Assembly (NCBI GenBank): GCA_000990585.1
Contig: LBQD01000002.1
Coordinates: 120,016 to 184,015 of the forward strand
Direction of reading: 5' to 3'
From: Candidatus Moranbacteria bacterium GW2011_GWE2_35_2-
Lineage (GTDB): Bacteria; Patescibacteriota; Minisyncoccia; Moranbacterales; UBA9337
DNA: 64,000 nucleotides
In this document: positions 1-9,347 of the stretch, one piece after another
Layout: each line of letters begins with the position of its first letter
Position numbering within the stretch: the first letter of the stretch is position 1
The notes under the pieces: generated by a model
The model's input: the letters and a program-made list of their open reading frames with translations, nothing else
What the model was told of the DNA's origin: nothing
The model's database searches: none
Translations under genes and position numbers: made by a program

Positions 1-70
1 TTTACTGACTATCTTTACTATTTTTTAATTTGATATTTTTAAGGATAAATAAATTTGCAAAAAATTTAAC

Positions 71-112
71 AAAATTGTCAATTAATCGCATATGCGATTA
101 ATTGACAATTTT
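71..112. promoter_or_regulatory. 42-bp perfect palindrome (AAAATTGTCAATTAATCGCA|TA|TGCGATTAATTGACAATTTT) carrying TTGACA on both strands; operator and/or bidirectional terminator upstream of murI
   Basis: Read directly from the sequence: a perfect dyad centred on CATATG, with an A-run before it and a T-run after it. Confidence 0.6.
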
Positions 113-198
113 TTGTTCAAATGAGTATATGTTTAATATTGCCAAGTATGGGTGGACGGGGTAGTATGAATGTAATTTAATTGATAACGGCAAAAAAT

Positions 199-987
199 AT
201 GATTGGAGTTTTTGATAGCGGGGTTGGGGGACTTACTGTCGTAAAGGAGATTAAAAAAGCGATGCCGGATTGCTCGATTGTTTACTTTGGAGATACGGCG
301 CGCTATCCCTGGGGAAACAAAAATGCCGAAACGGTACAGAGATATTCCGAGGAAATTTGCATCTTTTTGATTGCGCAGGGAGTCGAGGACATTGTAATTG
401 CTTGCAACACCGCTTCTACTTTCGCCGGAGATTATTTACGGAAAAAATTTCCCAAAATTAATTTTTTTAATGTGATTGATCCGGTGGTGGATAGGATAAA
501 ATTGGAATTAAGCGCCGAGAAGAATCAAAAGCGGAACATCAGGGCGGGGGTTATCGGAACGCGGGGAACGATTGAAAGCCGAGTGTATGAAAAAAAGATC
601 AAAAAAAATAATCCTACAGTCGGGATTATTTCGCAAGCCTGCCCCCTGTTTGTTTCTATGGTAGAGGAGAATATGACTTCTCATCCGGCGGCAAAAATAA
701 TTGTTGATGAATATTTGAAAAAAATTAAAAAAGCGAAAGTTGATTTTCTTGTTTTGGGTTGTACGCATTATCCTTTACTTGAAAAGGTTATTCGGAAATC
801 GATCGGAAATGTCGCAATGATAAGTTCCGCTAAGGAAGTGGCGAAAGAATTATTGCGAAGAAAAAATATTAGGGAAGATTTCAAAGAAAAAGATATTTTT
901 TATTTTTCCGATGTTTCAAATCATTACGACAAATTGACTCGAAAAATTCTTGGAAAGAAAATAAAAATAATAAAAAAAGCCTTGTAA
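199..987 (+). CDS. murI: glutamate racemase
   Basis: Carries the VFDSGVGGLTV motif and the Asp/Glu racemase cysteine motifs (ACNTAS, LGCTHYP). The ATG at 199 is preferred over the TTG at 181. Confidence 0.9.
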   Translation: MIGVFDSGVGGLTVVKEIKKAMPDCSIVYFGDTARYPWGNKNAETVQRYSEEICIFLIAQGVEDIVIACNTASTFAGDYLRKKFPKINFFNVIDPVVDRIKLELSAEKNQKRNIRAGVIGTRGTIESRVYEKKIKKNNPTVGIISQACPLFVSMVEENMTSHPAAKIIVDEYLKKIKKAKVDFLVLGCTHYPLLEKVIRKSIGNVAMISSAKEVAKELLRRKNIREDFKEKDIFYFSDVSNHYDKLTRKILGKKIKIIKKAL

Positions 988-989
988 CT

Positions 990-1080
990 TGGCGGAGAGA
1001 GGAGGATTCGAACCCCCGGACCCCGTGAAGGGTCTTCAGTTTTCAAGACTGATGCATTCGACCGCTCTGCCATCTCTCCA
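990..1080 (-). tRNA. tRNA-Ser (anticodon TGA), long variable arm
   Basis: The reverse complement starts GGAGAGATGGCAGAGCGGTCGAATGC, has anticodon loop CTTGAAA, a T-arm GGTTCGAATCC, and ends CTCTCCGCCA with CCA encoded. Confidence 0.85.
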
Positions 1081-1283
1081 TATCAAATTTAATTTTTTCT
1101 GTTTAAGGTATTTGTCTTCTCGAGGGGCGAGCAGATGCCCTTGGAGGAGATCAGTCTTGGATTAACAAGACTGTTGCCTTCAACTATTCAATTATATTCT
1201 TTTTCAAAATTATTATAATCCTAACAGTTGGAAAAAAATTTGTAAATAGATTATAATAACGGAAAGGAAATAAAAATAAAAAA

Positions 1284-1820
1284 ATGGATTTATTAAAACA
1301 TAAGAAAGCCGTTGAACAAAGAGAATATTACAAAGATAATTATTCGAGAAATATGCACAACGATGTGTTGATTCAATGGCAGGGTCCGGAATATGAAAAT
1401 TATCCGAAAGACAAAAGATGGTATATGATTACCTCTTTTGTTTTGGTAGTAATTATTGCATATGCCTTGATAACCAATAGCCCATTGATGGCGATTACCT
1501 TTATTTTGATTGGAATTGTGGGATTTGTTTATTTGCAAAGAGATCCGCAAATATGTACATACGCGATAACGTCCAGAGGTGTGATAGTAGAAAAAGAATT
1601 ATATGATTTTGAGGACATTAAATCTTTTTGGATAATGTATAAAGAACCACATCAGCGGATTCTTAGTTTACATACTGAAGGAATGCTTATCCCATATGTT
1701 CATATTCCGATGCATCAAAAAGATCCGGATCAAATTAGAGAAATATTATTGGAATTTATTCCGGAAAAAAGGCAATTTCCTAGTGCGATCGATACTTTGG
1801 AAAGATTACTGCATATTTAG
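1284..1820 (+). CDS. hypothetical membrane protein (2 TM helices)
   Basis: Clean 178 aa ORF with a hydrophobic stretch and a TATAAT promoter about 30 nt upstream. Confidence 0.6.
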   Translation: MDLLKHKKAVEQREYYKDNYSRNMHNDVLIQWQGPEYENYPKDKRWYMITSFVLVVIIAYALITNSPLMAITFILIGIVGFVYLQRDPQICTYAITSRGVIVEKELYDFEDIKSFWIMYKEPHQRILSLHTEGMLIPYVHIPMHQKDPDQIREILLEFIPEKRQFPSAIDTLERLLHI

Positions 1821-1912
1821 TCATAAAAAATTACAAGATATTTTTTAATAAAAGCGATAGTAGTTATCTATTGCTTTTTTGTTTCAAAATGTTAGTATGT
1901 TTGAGTATAAAA

Positions 1913-1985
1913 GCGCTTGTAGCTCAGTGGATAGAGCGTCTGGTTGCGGTCCAGAAGGTCGCAGGTTCGATTCCTGCCAAGCGCA
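1913..1985 (+). tRNA. tRNA-Arg (anticodon GCG, unusual)
   Basis: Sequence GCGCTTGTAGCTCAGTGGATAGAGCG-TCTGG-TTGCGGT-CCAGA-AGGTC-GCAGGTTCGATTCCTGC-CAAGCGCA. The acceptor 7/7 and anticodon stem 5/5 pair, and the loop is U33-GCG-R37. Confidence 0.75.
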
Positions 1986-2082
1986 CTAAGGTTCCCCGCC
2001 ATAGGCGGACCAGCAGACTGGGATTCCTGCCAAGCGCACTAAGGTTCCCCGCCATAGGCGGACCAGCTTCCTGCCAAGCACA
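1971..2082 (+). repeat. 2.3 tandem copies of a 44-53 bp unit (TTCCTGCCAAGCGCA-CTAAGGTTCCCCGCCATAGGCGGACCAGC) whose first copy is the tRNA-Arg 3' end
   Basis: Copies read at 1971-2014 and 2024-2067, with a partial third at 2068-2082. Each unit holds a CCGCC-ATA-GGCGG hairpin. Confidence 0.85.
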
Positions 2083-2166
2083 AAATAATATTAAATAAAT
2101 TGCCAAAAAAACTAAATACTTTATAATTAAAATATACTAGTATAAAAAAATAAAATAGAGAATAAA

Positions 2167-2901
2167 ATGACACTCGTATTATTCAATAATTTAACTGAAA
2201 AAGATAAAGCACGAGCAATTGAAAACTTGATTTGCGAAAGTACACCGCGTCAAGACTTCTTTTTATTGGTGGTTCTTTCTATTTTAATGGCAACTTTCGG
2301 TCTTCTCATTGATAGTGCGTCGGTAATCATTGGAAGTATGCTTATCGCCCCGATTCTTTATCCAATTCTTAGTCTTTCTTTGGGCGTAGTAATCGCGGAT
2401 ACAAAATTGATTGCACGTTCATTTTATACAATATTAAAATCATTGACATTTGGAATTGCCGCTTCGGCCATTGTAACTGTCTTTTTTGCTTCAAATTTTC
2501 AGGAAAATTCTGAGATTTTAGCGCGCACTCAACCATCATTGATTTATGCTGCAATTGCGATTATCGCTGGTTTTGCCGCTTCTTTTGCGCTTATAAAACC
2601 GCATTTGAGCGAAACATTACCCGGAATCGCAATTTCTGTCGCTTTAATGCCGCCACTTGCAGTTACCGGAATTGGAATTGCTAGATTTGATTGGTATATT
2701 ATTAGTAATTCATTTTTATTGTTTTTAATTAATGCCGCCGGGATTATTTTTGCGAGTATGATTGTTTTTTCATTAATGCATTTATATATCAAACGACAGG
2801 TTGCTTCTGAAGCTATCAAGAAGGAATTGGCTGCGGTAAAAAAAGAATTAGAAAAAGCCAAAAAAGAACAAGAAAAAAATAATAAGGTTTATGAAAAATA
2901 A
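2167..2901 (+). CDS. DUF389-like integral membrane protein
   Basis: Multi-pass hydrophobic ORF with a C-terminal Lys/Glu-rich tail. The family assignment is made from memory of the domain pattern. Confidence 0.5.
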   Translation: MTLVLFNNLTEKDKARAIENLICESTPRQDFFLLVVLSILMATFGLLIDSASVIIGSMLIAPILYPILSLSLGVVIADTKLIARSFYTILKSLTFGIAASAIVTVFFASNFQENSEILARTQPSLIYAAIAIIAGFAASFALIKPHLSETLPGIAISVALMPPLAVTGIGIARFDWYIISNSFLLFLINAAGIIFASMIVFSLMHLYIKRQVASEAIKKELAAVKKELEKAKKEQEKNNKVYEK

Positions 2902-2947
2902 ATCAGTTAGATAGAGCGCAAAAGTAAAATAAGAAAAAAGATAGGCA

Positions 2948-2984
2948 AAAAACCGCCCAAAATAATTTTGAAGGCGGTTTTTTG
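2948..2984. terminator. rho-independent terminator (AAAACCGCC...GGCGGTTTTTTG), bidirectional
   Basis: A GC stem followed by a T-run, with an A-run on the other side. Confidence 0.6.
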
Positions 2985-2987
2985 TCT

Positions 2988-3079
2988 TGGGCGGAGAGGG
3001 TGGGATTTGAACCCACGAGGGCGATTAAACCCTGCCACGTTAGCAGTGTGGTGCTTTCGACCAGCTCAGCCACCTCTCC
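2988..3079 (-). tRNA. tRNA-Ser (anticodon GCT), long variable arm
   Basis: The reverse complement reads GGAGAGGTGGCTGAGCTGG...CTGCTAA...GGGTTCAAATCCCACCCTCTCCGCCA. Confidence 0.85.
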
Positions 3080-3193
3080 TTTTGTAAATTTTTCAACAAA
3101 ATAAGCTTAACATTGATTTATTTATATTTCAAGTGTGCGTCGTTTTTCGTTTGATGATCTGATAAAATAAAGTATGTTATAAAATTATCGACA

Positions 3194-3931
3194 TCATACT
3201 TTTTGCCTAGCAATTACAATGCCAAAAACTTTTTTGGCGCCGGATTGTTTGAGAATTTTGGCGCATTCAAAAAGGGTGGATCCAGTAGTGGCAATATCAT
3301 CAACTAAGAGTATGTTTTTATTTTTAATATTTTCTTTTTGTAAAACTGTGAAAGCATTTTGAATATTTCTTTGTCTTTCTTTATAATTTTTTATTTTCAT
3401 TTGAGGTGAAGTATAATATTTTCGAATTAAATTATTTTCTAAAATCGGAATATCAAAACCGGGAGTTAAATTTTTCCCCAAATATTGTGCCAGTAATTGC
3501 GATTGATTGAATCCGCGCCAGCGCAGACGGTGCGGATGAAGAGGAATCGGAATAATGATGTCCGGTAAACGTAGATCGAAATTGCGAGAAGCTTCAAGCA
3601 TTATTTTACTAAGTGGAATAGACAATCTTTTTACAAAACGGTATTTGAAATATCCAACTGCGCGGGAGATTATTTTCTCTTTGTATGAAGTGCAAACCAA
3701 GAGTCCGTCAATGGAGTTTTTTTTGTGGCAAGAAAAACATATTTCTCCTTTTGGTGTGATTATTTTTTCACAAATCGGGCAAATCTGATCTTTTTTTAAT
3801 GATATTTTTTTCAAACAATGTTCGCAAATCCATTGATCAGATTGTTTTTGACATCCAAGGCAAGTAATTGGAAAAAGAGTATCTAAGATGAATTTTTCAA
3901 TCTTTTGCTTATATCGCAATAATCTTTTCAT
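3194..3931 (-). CDS. comFC: ComF family protein (competence; zinc-finger plus phosphoribosyltransferase domain)
   Basis: N-terminal Cys4 region (CLGC...CEHC...CPIC...CFSC) and a C-terminal PRTase motif LLVDDIATTGSTL. Confidence 0.8.
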   Translation of the reverse strand: MKRLLRYKQKIEKFILDTLFPITCLGCQKQSDQWICEHCLKKISLKKDQICPICEKIITPKGEICFSCHKKNSIDGLLVCTSYKEKIISRAVGYFKYRFVKRLSIPLSKIMLEASRNFDLRLPDIIIPIPLHPHRLRWRGFNQSQLLAQYLGKNLTPGFDIPILENNLIRKYYTSPQMKIKNYKERQRNIQNAFTVLQKENIKNKNILLVDDIATTGSTLFECAKILKQSGAKKVFGIVIARQKV

Positions 3932-6449
3932 TTTCGATTTTCAATTGAATTTTTTTATCTTTGATTTTTTCTTCAAGAATAGCTTTGGCGATTTCTGTTT
4001 CTATGAATTTTTGAATGTTTTTACGCACGAATCTGGCACCTTGATCAAAAGCGAGACTCTTTTTCGTAAGAAAATTCAACACTTCAGAAGAATATAAAAG
4101 AAGGATATTTTTTGTTTGCAATCTTTCTTTAAGTTTTTTCAGCTCAAGACTTGCAATTTTTTTGATTTCATTTTTCCCCAAAACATTAAAGGCGATAATA
4201 TTATCCAACCGATTGAGAAGCTCCGGTTTCATTTGCCTTTTGAGTTCTTTTAGGGAATTTTCTTTTAAGCTAGCCCATTTTTGTGAGATTTCCTGTTCTT
4301 TTTGACCAAATCCCATATTTGAAATATCAGAAAATTCCGCAGTTCCCGTGTTGGAAGTAAGAATGATTATGGTATTTTTGAAATTCACACTGCGTCCTTC
4401 CGAGTCAGTGAGTATCCCATCTTCCAATATTTGTAGTAGGATATTGAAAATGTCCGGATGAGCTTTTTCTATTTCGTCAAAAAGAACTAAGCTGTGAGGC
4501 TTGCGGCGAACTTTTTCCGTGAGTTTTCCTCCTTCGCCAAACCCGACATATCCAGCTGGCGCTCCTAGAAGTTGGGATGTTTGGTGTCTTTCCATAAACT
4601 CACTCATATCTATACGAATTAGCGAATTTTCATTGCCAAATAAGTTTTTTGCCAGCTCTTTAGCTGTCAATGTTTTTCCTGATCCGGTTGGTCCTAAAAA
4701 AAGGAATGATCCAATTGGGCGATTAGGATCTCCTATTCCGCTATATGCGCGATAAACAACTTCAATTATTTTTTCAATCGCTTCCGTCTGCCCGATTATT
4801 GTGGAGCTTAATTTTTGATGTAAATTTTTTAGTTCGGGAGCGAAAGAATGTGACAATTTTTCCGAAGGAATGCCGGTTATTTGTGAAACAGTATTGGTAA
4901 TATCATTACTGTCAATAAAAACCGGATTAGTTTTTTCCAATTCCTGCTGTTTCTTTTTTAGATTTTCTAATTGTATGGCAAGCAAATCTTCTTTTTTGCG
5001 AAGAGTAGCGGCTTCTTCATATTTTTCCGTATTAACAAAGTTATTTTTTTCAGTGGAAATTTCTTTCAGTTGTTTTTCTGTTTTTTTAATTTCAGGCAAA
5101 AAAGATAATCCGGTTGATTTGTTTCGCAGTCTTGAAGCTGTTTCATCTAGGATGTCGATGGCTTTGTCAGGAAAAAATCGTTCAGTTATATATCTACTGC
5201 TTAGAGCGACGATTTGATCCAGCGCTTGATTGGAAATTTCAGCGTTATGAAATTTTTCATAAGATGGTTTTATTCCTTGGAGAATTTTTCTTGTATCATG
5301 AGTATTTGGTTCGTTTACGATTACGTTTTGAAATCTTCTTTCCAGTGCGGGATCTTTTTCAATATATTTCTTATATTCATCTAATGTGGTGGCTCCGATG
5401 CATTGAATTTTTCCGCGCGCCAAGGCAGGTTTGAGAATATTGGCAGCATCCAACCCGCCACTGGCGTTTCCTGCTCCGATAAGCGAGTGAATTTCATCAA
5501 TAAATAAGATTATATCTTCGTTTTCTTCCGCTTCGTAGATAATATCTTTGATACGACTTTCAAATTCTCCGCGAAAATTCGTTCCAGCAACAACCAGCGC
5601 TAAATCTAAAGACAAGATTTTTTTTCCTGCCAGCCGAGGAGAAACTTTGCCTGAATTTATTTTTTGCGCCAAGGCGGAAACTAATGCTGTTTTTCCTACA
5701 CCCGGATCTCCGATAAGAAGAGGATTGCTTTTATTTTTTCTTCCGAGAATATGAATTATCCTTTCTATTTCTTTTTCTCTTCCGATTATTTTTTCTTTTT
5801 TCAAGAAAACGTCATCATTGATATTGACACAAAAAACATCTAATGTTGGAGTTTCTGATTCGGACAATTCTTGTCCGGTAAGCGATAAACCCGGAAGATC
5901 AAATAATTTAGAAAGGCTTTTTATATCCGATCCTTCAAGGAATGATTGTTGCATAGCGCCATTCCCTTGCTTTTTTGCTTTATTTTTTTTCAATAGGCGC
6001 GAGATATTTTTATTTGGCGTTTTGATAATAGAATGAATGAGGTGTTCGGTTCCGACGTATGGGTAACCCATTTTCTTAGCAACAAGATATGCGCGAGTAA
6101 TTGCCAGAGAAACATCCGGCGATAATTGAGGTTTTTCTTTCGCTTGATTGACACGTGAATCGTTCGAATAGTTTTTTAAAGAAAAAATATTATCAAAGTC
6201 GGATCTTTTCACATTCATATTTTCCAAGATTCTATTACCCATACTTCCTTTTTCTAAGAAAATAGCGAAAAGTAAATGTTCTGAAAGTATATAGGGAGAT
6301 TCATAAAATAAAGCGATTTTGCCAGATTCATAGAGGCTTTTTTTCGCGTGCGATGTCATTTTTTTGGATAATTTTGGTTCTAACATAATAGTTTTTGTTA
6401 TTATCAAATATGTACATACTATTCTATTTTTATCTTCGTTGAATGTCAA
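3909..6449 (-). CDS. Clp/Hsp100 AAA+ chaperone, ClpB/ClpC family, two nucleotide-binding domains
   Basis: Clp_N-like N-terminus, Walker A GDPGVGKT and a second one GPTGSGKT, with a coiled-coil linker. The real start may be an internal Met about 60-90 nt downstream of 6449. Confidence 0.85.
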   Translation of the reverse strand: MTFNEDKNRIVCTYLIITKTIMLEPKLSKKMTSHAKKSLYESGKIALFYESPYILSEHLLFAIFLEKGSMGNRILENMNVKRSDFDNIFSLKNYSNDSRVNQAKEKPQLSPDVSLAITRAYLVAKKMGYPYVGTEHLIHSIIKTPNKNISRLLKKNKAKKQGNGAMQQSFLEGSDIKSLSKLFDLPGLSLTGQELSESETPTLDVFCVNINDDVFLKKEKIIGREKEIERIIHILGRKNKSNPLLIGDPGVGKTALVSALAQKINSGKVSPRLAGKKILSLDLALVVAGTNFRGEFESRIKDIIYEAEENEDIILFIDEIHSLIGAGNASGGLDAANILKPALARGKIQCIGATTLDEYKKYIEKDPALERRFQNVIVNEPNTHDTRKILQGIKPSYEKFHNAEISNQALDQIVALSSRYITERFFPDKAIDILDETASRLRNKSTGLSFLPEIKKTEKQLKEISTEKNNFVNTEKYEEAATLRKKEDLLAIQLENLKKKQQELEKTNPVFIDSNDITNTVSQITGIPSEKLSHSFAPELKNLHQKLSSTIIGQTEAIEKIIEVVYRAYSGIGDPNRPIGSFLFLGPTGSGKTLTAKELAKNLFGNENSLIRIDMSEFMERHQTSQLLGAPAGYVGFGEGGKLTEKVRRKPHSLVLFDEIEKAHPDIFNILLQILEDGILTDSEGRSVNFKNTIIILTSNTGTAEFSDISNMGFGQKEQEISQKWASLKENSLKELKRQMKPELLNRLDNIIAFNVLGKNEIKKIASLELKKLKERLQTKNILLLYSSEVLNFLTKKSLAFDQGARFVRKNIQKFIETEIAKAILEEKIKDKKIQLKIENEKIIAI

Positions 6450-6599
6450 CTTTTTCCGGGATAAGTTTTTAATATGAATAATTTTGGAAAAATATGATAT
6501 GCAAGTTGCTTGTGTGGAAAAAATATATTATAATATAAGAAGATAATGTTTTCTATTTATTGTAAGATAAAATAAAAATAAAAGTTAAATCAAAAAAGA

Positions 6600-7715
6600 A
6601 TGTTTAATTTTTTTAAGAGTAAAGAAAATCGCTTTTTCGGGGTTGATTTTGGCGGGAGCGCTATCAAGGCAGTAGAACTTTCTTTAGAAAATCAAAAAGT
6701 TACTTTGATGAATTATGCATGGATTGATTTTAGCGGAGAACAAATAAAGGAAGAGCTGGATAGTCAATCTATTAATAAAATTACGGAAATTTACTTGGGT
6801 AAGCTCATAGATAAAATGGAGCCGAAAACTAAAAATGTTTGCGCTTCTATTCCGGGATTTAGCGGATTGGTTAATGTTATTGAGATTTCCAATATTAAAA
6901 AAGAGGAAGTGGGAAATGCTATCGAATACGAAGCGTATAAATATATTCCCGTTTCTTTGGATGAAGTGTATTTGTCATGGGATGTCCTTGATTTAGGAGA
7001 AGCGGATAGAAAAATCATTCAAAATGAAGAAAATGGCAAAGATTTTTCCGAAAAAAATGAGAAAGAAAAAATAAAAGTACTTCTTGTGGCTGCTCCAAAA
7101 GATGAAGTTAACAAATACGAAGAATTGATAATGAAAAATGGATTAAGAACTGCTACATTGGAATTGGACGTGTTTTCATCCGTACGTTCTCTTGTGGGAG
7201 ATGATATGGGGAATTATTTATTGATTGAAATTGGAGCGCGCACGACAACTATTGCCGCAATTAAAAAAGGTAATGTGATTATAAATCGTAATTTATATAT
7301 TGGCGGGAATGAATTTACAAAAAATATTTCCAGAGGAATGGATATTTCTTGGTTTAGGGCAGAAAGATATAAAAAAGAGAAGAAAGATTTAATAAATACA
7401 AATCAGGCGAGTGTAAATTTTTCCGCTTTGGATGTCATTTCCGGGGAAGCTAAGCGAATAATGCGAATGTTTCAAGAAAAAGAAGATGTGTCTCGAATGG
7501 ATGGAATTATTATTTCCGGAGGAACTGCAAAAATGGTTGGAATATTGGAATATTTTGAAAGGGAGCTGGGAAAGGGTGTTATAATTGGTAATCCGTGGAA
7601 AAAAGTGAAGTATGAAGCAAATTTGGAGGCGGTAATCAAGGATATCGGACCATCTTTTTCTGTTGCGGTCGGAGCGGCATTGAAAGGCGTGGAAGATTAT
7701 CAGCGAAATATTTAA
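6600..7715 (+). CDS. pilM: type IV pilus assembly ATPase-like protein PilM
   Basis: Actin-like fold; begins FFGVDFGGSAIKAV. Confidence 0.8.
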   Translation: MFNFFKSKENRFFGVDFGGSAIKAVELSLENQKVTLMNYAWIDFSGEQIKEELDSQSINKITEIYLGKLIDKMEPKTKNVCASIPGFSGLVNVIEISNIKKEEVGNAIEYEAYKYIPVSLDEVYLSWDVLDLGEADRKIIQNEENGKDFSEKNEKEKIKVLLVAAPKDEVNKYEELIMKNGLRTATLELDVFSSVRSLVGDDMGNYLLIEIGARTTTIAAIKKGNVIINRNLYIGGNEFTKNISRGMDISWFRAERYKKEKKDLINTNQASVNFSALDVISGEAKRIMRMFQEKEDVSRMDGIIISGGTAKMVGILEYFERELGKGVIIGNPWKKVKYEANLEAVIKDIGPSFSVAVGAALKGVEDYQRNI

Positions 7716-7791
7716 TTGAAAATATAAATCTTAAATTTTTTCGAATTTCTTGAATATTTTTATTCGGTTTTTCGAAAATAATATTAAAGCG

Positions 7792-8346
7792 ATGGTTAAT
7801 ATAAATCTTCACAGGGAAGAAAAAAAAGAAAATAGAATCTATGAATTGAATTTTTGGCGTAGCGGAACTTTTTTTTCAATAACTTTACTGATCGTGACTT
7901 CTTTTATTTATGCTGGTCAACTTTTATATAAAAAAAAGTTGGTTTCAAATGAAAATGCTATTATAAAGGAAATATCCGAAAAGAAAAGTTCTTTAGGAAG
8001 CGCGGCTCTTGTCAGTATTAAGGATTTCGATCAAAGGATTTCTAAGATTGATAATAATTTGGCACAGCGAGTTTATCCTAATGATGTGCTTGCTTATATA
8101 GAGGATTTTTTAGTAAAGAATGTTTATATTGATAGTTATAAATATGAAGATTCAAAGCAAGAGGTTGCGTTGAACGTAATAGCTGATAGCTATAATGCAA
8201 TAGCTAGTCAAATTTTAAATTTTAAAAAATCAGATAAGTTTTCTAATGTAGATATTTCCAGTACAAACAGAACGGAGGAGGGAAAAATAACATTTACATT
8301 AACGATGATTTTATCTAATTATAATAATCCGGAAAATAATTTGTAA
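7792..8346 (+). CDS. pilN: type IV pilus assembly protein PilN-like
   Basis: N-terminal MVNINL plus a single TM helix, placed after pilM. An internal Met start is preferred. Confidence 0.6.
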   Translation: MVNINLHREEKKENRIYELNFWRSGTFFSITLLIVTSFIYAGQLLYKKKLVSNENAIIKEISEKKSSLGSAALVSIKDFDQRISKIDNNLAQRVYPNDVLAYIEDFLVKNVYIDSYKYEDSKQEVALNVIADSYNAIASQILNFKKSDKFSNVDISSTNRTEEGKITFTLTMILSNYNNPENNL

Positions 8347-8367
8347 GAATAATTATTTTATAAAAAT

Positions 8368-9279
8368 ATGAAACTAAAATTCTTGTTTGTTCCCTTATCA
8401 ATCTTAATTTCCATAGTGTTGGTTATTTGGTACATTTGGCCGACATGGTTTGGCTTGGAGGGAATCAGAGAATATCAAAAGCGCATAGATATAAAAAAAT
8501 GCGAATTGGAAGAAGCGGATTTCAAAGTTCAAAACGCTGAAAGTTTGAAAAATTTTATGAGTTCTACTGATGGAAAAGTCTCAGTGGACAAGATTTATGA
8601 ATATTTTCCAATTGAAGAAAAGAATGAAAACATCATTAATGATATAAATTATATCGGAAACAGTTCTTCTGTAAGCATTATTGGCATAAATGTTAAAAGT
8701 GAAGAATTGAAGGATGATGATGATAAAGTTTTAACAACAGCAAAAGGTAGTGCAAATAAAAAATTATCCAGTACGCCTATGGCTAAAGCATGTTTAGATA
8801 GGATAGCGGAAAAATACGGAGACGTATCTGATATGGACATTAGTTATTTAGATCCTTTTGCCGGTCTGAACAATAGTTCCAGTGATATTGTTGGTGAAAT
8901 TGAGGGTACTAAAGAAAATTCAATAGTATCCATCAAAGCGGATGTTAAAGTTTCCGGTTCATATAAACAGTTGATTGTATTTTTGGATAATTTGTATCGA
9001 ATGAGGACTATAAATAATGTGTCCTCGATAAATATTTATAAGGATAATAATAAAAGAAATGAAGAGAATGCTGTTTCGAATCTCGATTTTTTGTCGATGG
9101 ATGTGAGTGCATATTTTGCTTATTTGCCAACGGATAATAATACCGCGCTAGGATTTGACGATCCAATTTTTGAAAAGAAATTATTTAATTTAACTGCCAT
9201 TAATAAATTAAATAAAATTGTGGAAATTCCAGAAATAAATATTGGTGATACGGGAAAAGACAATCCTTTTATTCCCTAA
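8368..9279 (+). CDS. pilO: type IV pilus assembly protein PilO-like
   Basis: N-terminal TM helix and its position between pilN and pilB. Confidence 0.5.
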   Translation: MKLKFLFVPLSILISIVLVIWYIWPTWFGLEGIREYQKRIDIKKCELEEADFKVQNAESLKNFMSSTDGKVSVDKIYEYFPIEEKNENIINDINYIGNSSSVSIIGINVKSEELKDDDDKVLTTAKGSANKKLSSTPMAKACLDRIAEKYGDVSDMDISYLDPFAGLNNSSSDIVGEIEGTKENSIVSIKADVKVSGSYKQLIVFLDNLYRMRTINNVSSINIYKDNNKRNEENAVSNLDFLSMDVSAYFAYLPTDNNTALGFDDPIFEKKLFNLTAINKLNKIVEIPEINIGDTGKDNPFIP

Positions 9280-9347
9280 TATAATTTTTGTTTAAAAAGA
9301 TGCTTAAGTTTAGGTTGATTATTAAAAATGAAAAATAAGCTGAAAAA

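Noticed and set aside
1871-2106. ORFs 1871-2098(+) and 1924-2106(-) from the six-frame track
   Set aside because: They lie entirely over tRNA-Arg and its tandem 3'-end repeats; their amino-acid composition is an artefact of GC-rich RNA sequence.
4501-6036. Several 68-115 aa plus-strand ORFs inside the clp gene region
   Set aside because: They are antisense to a well-supported 846-aa AAA+ chaperone gene and have low-complexity, non-protein-like sequence.
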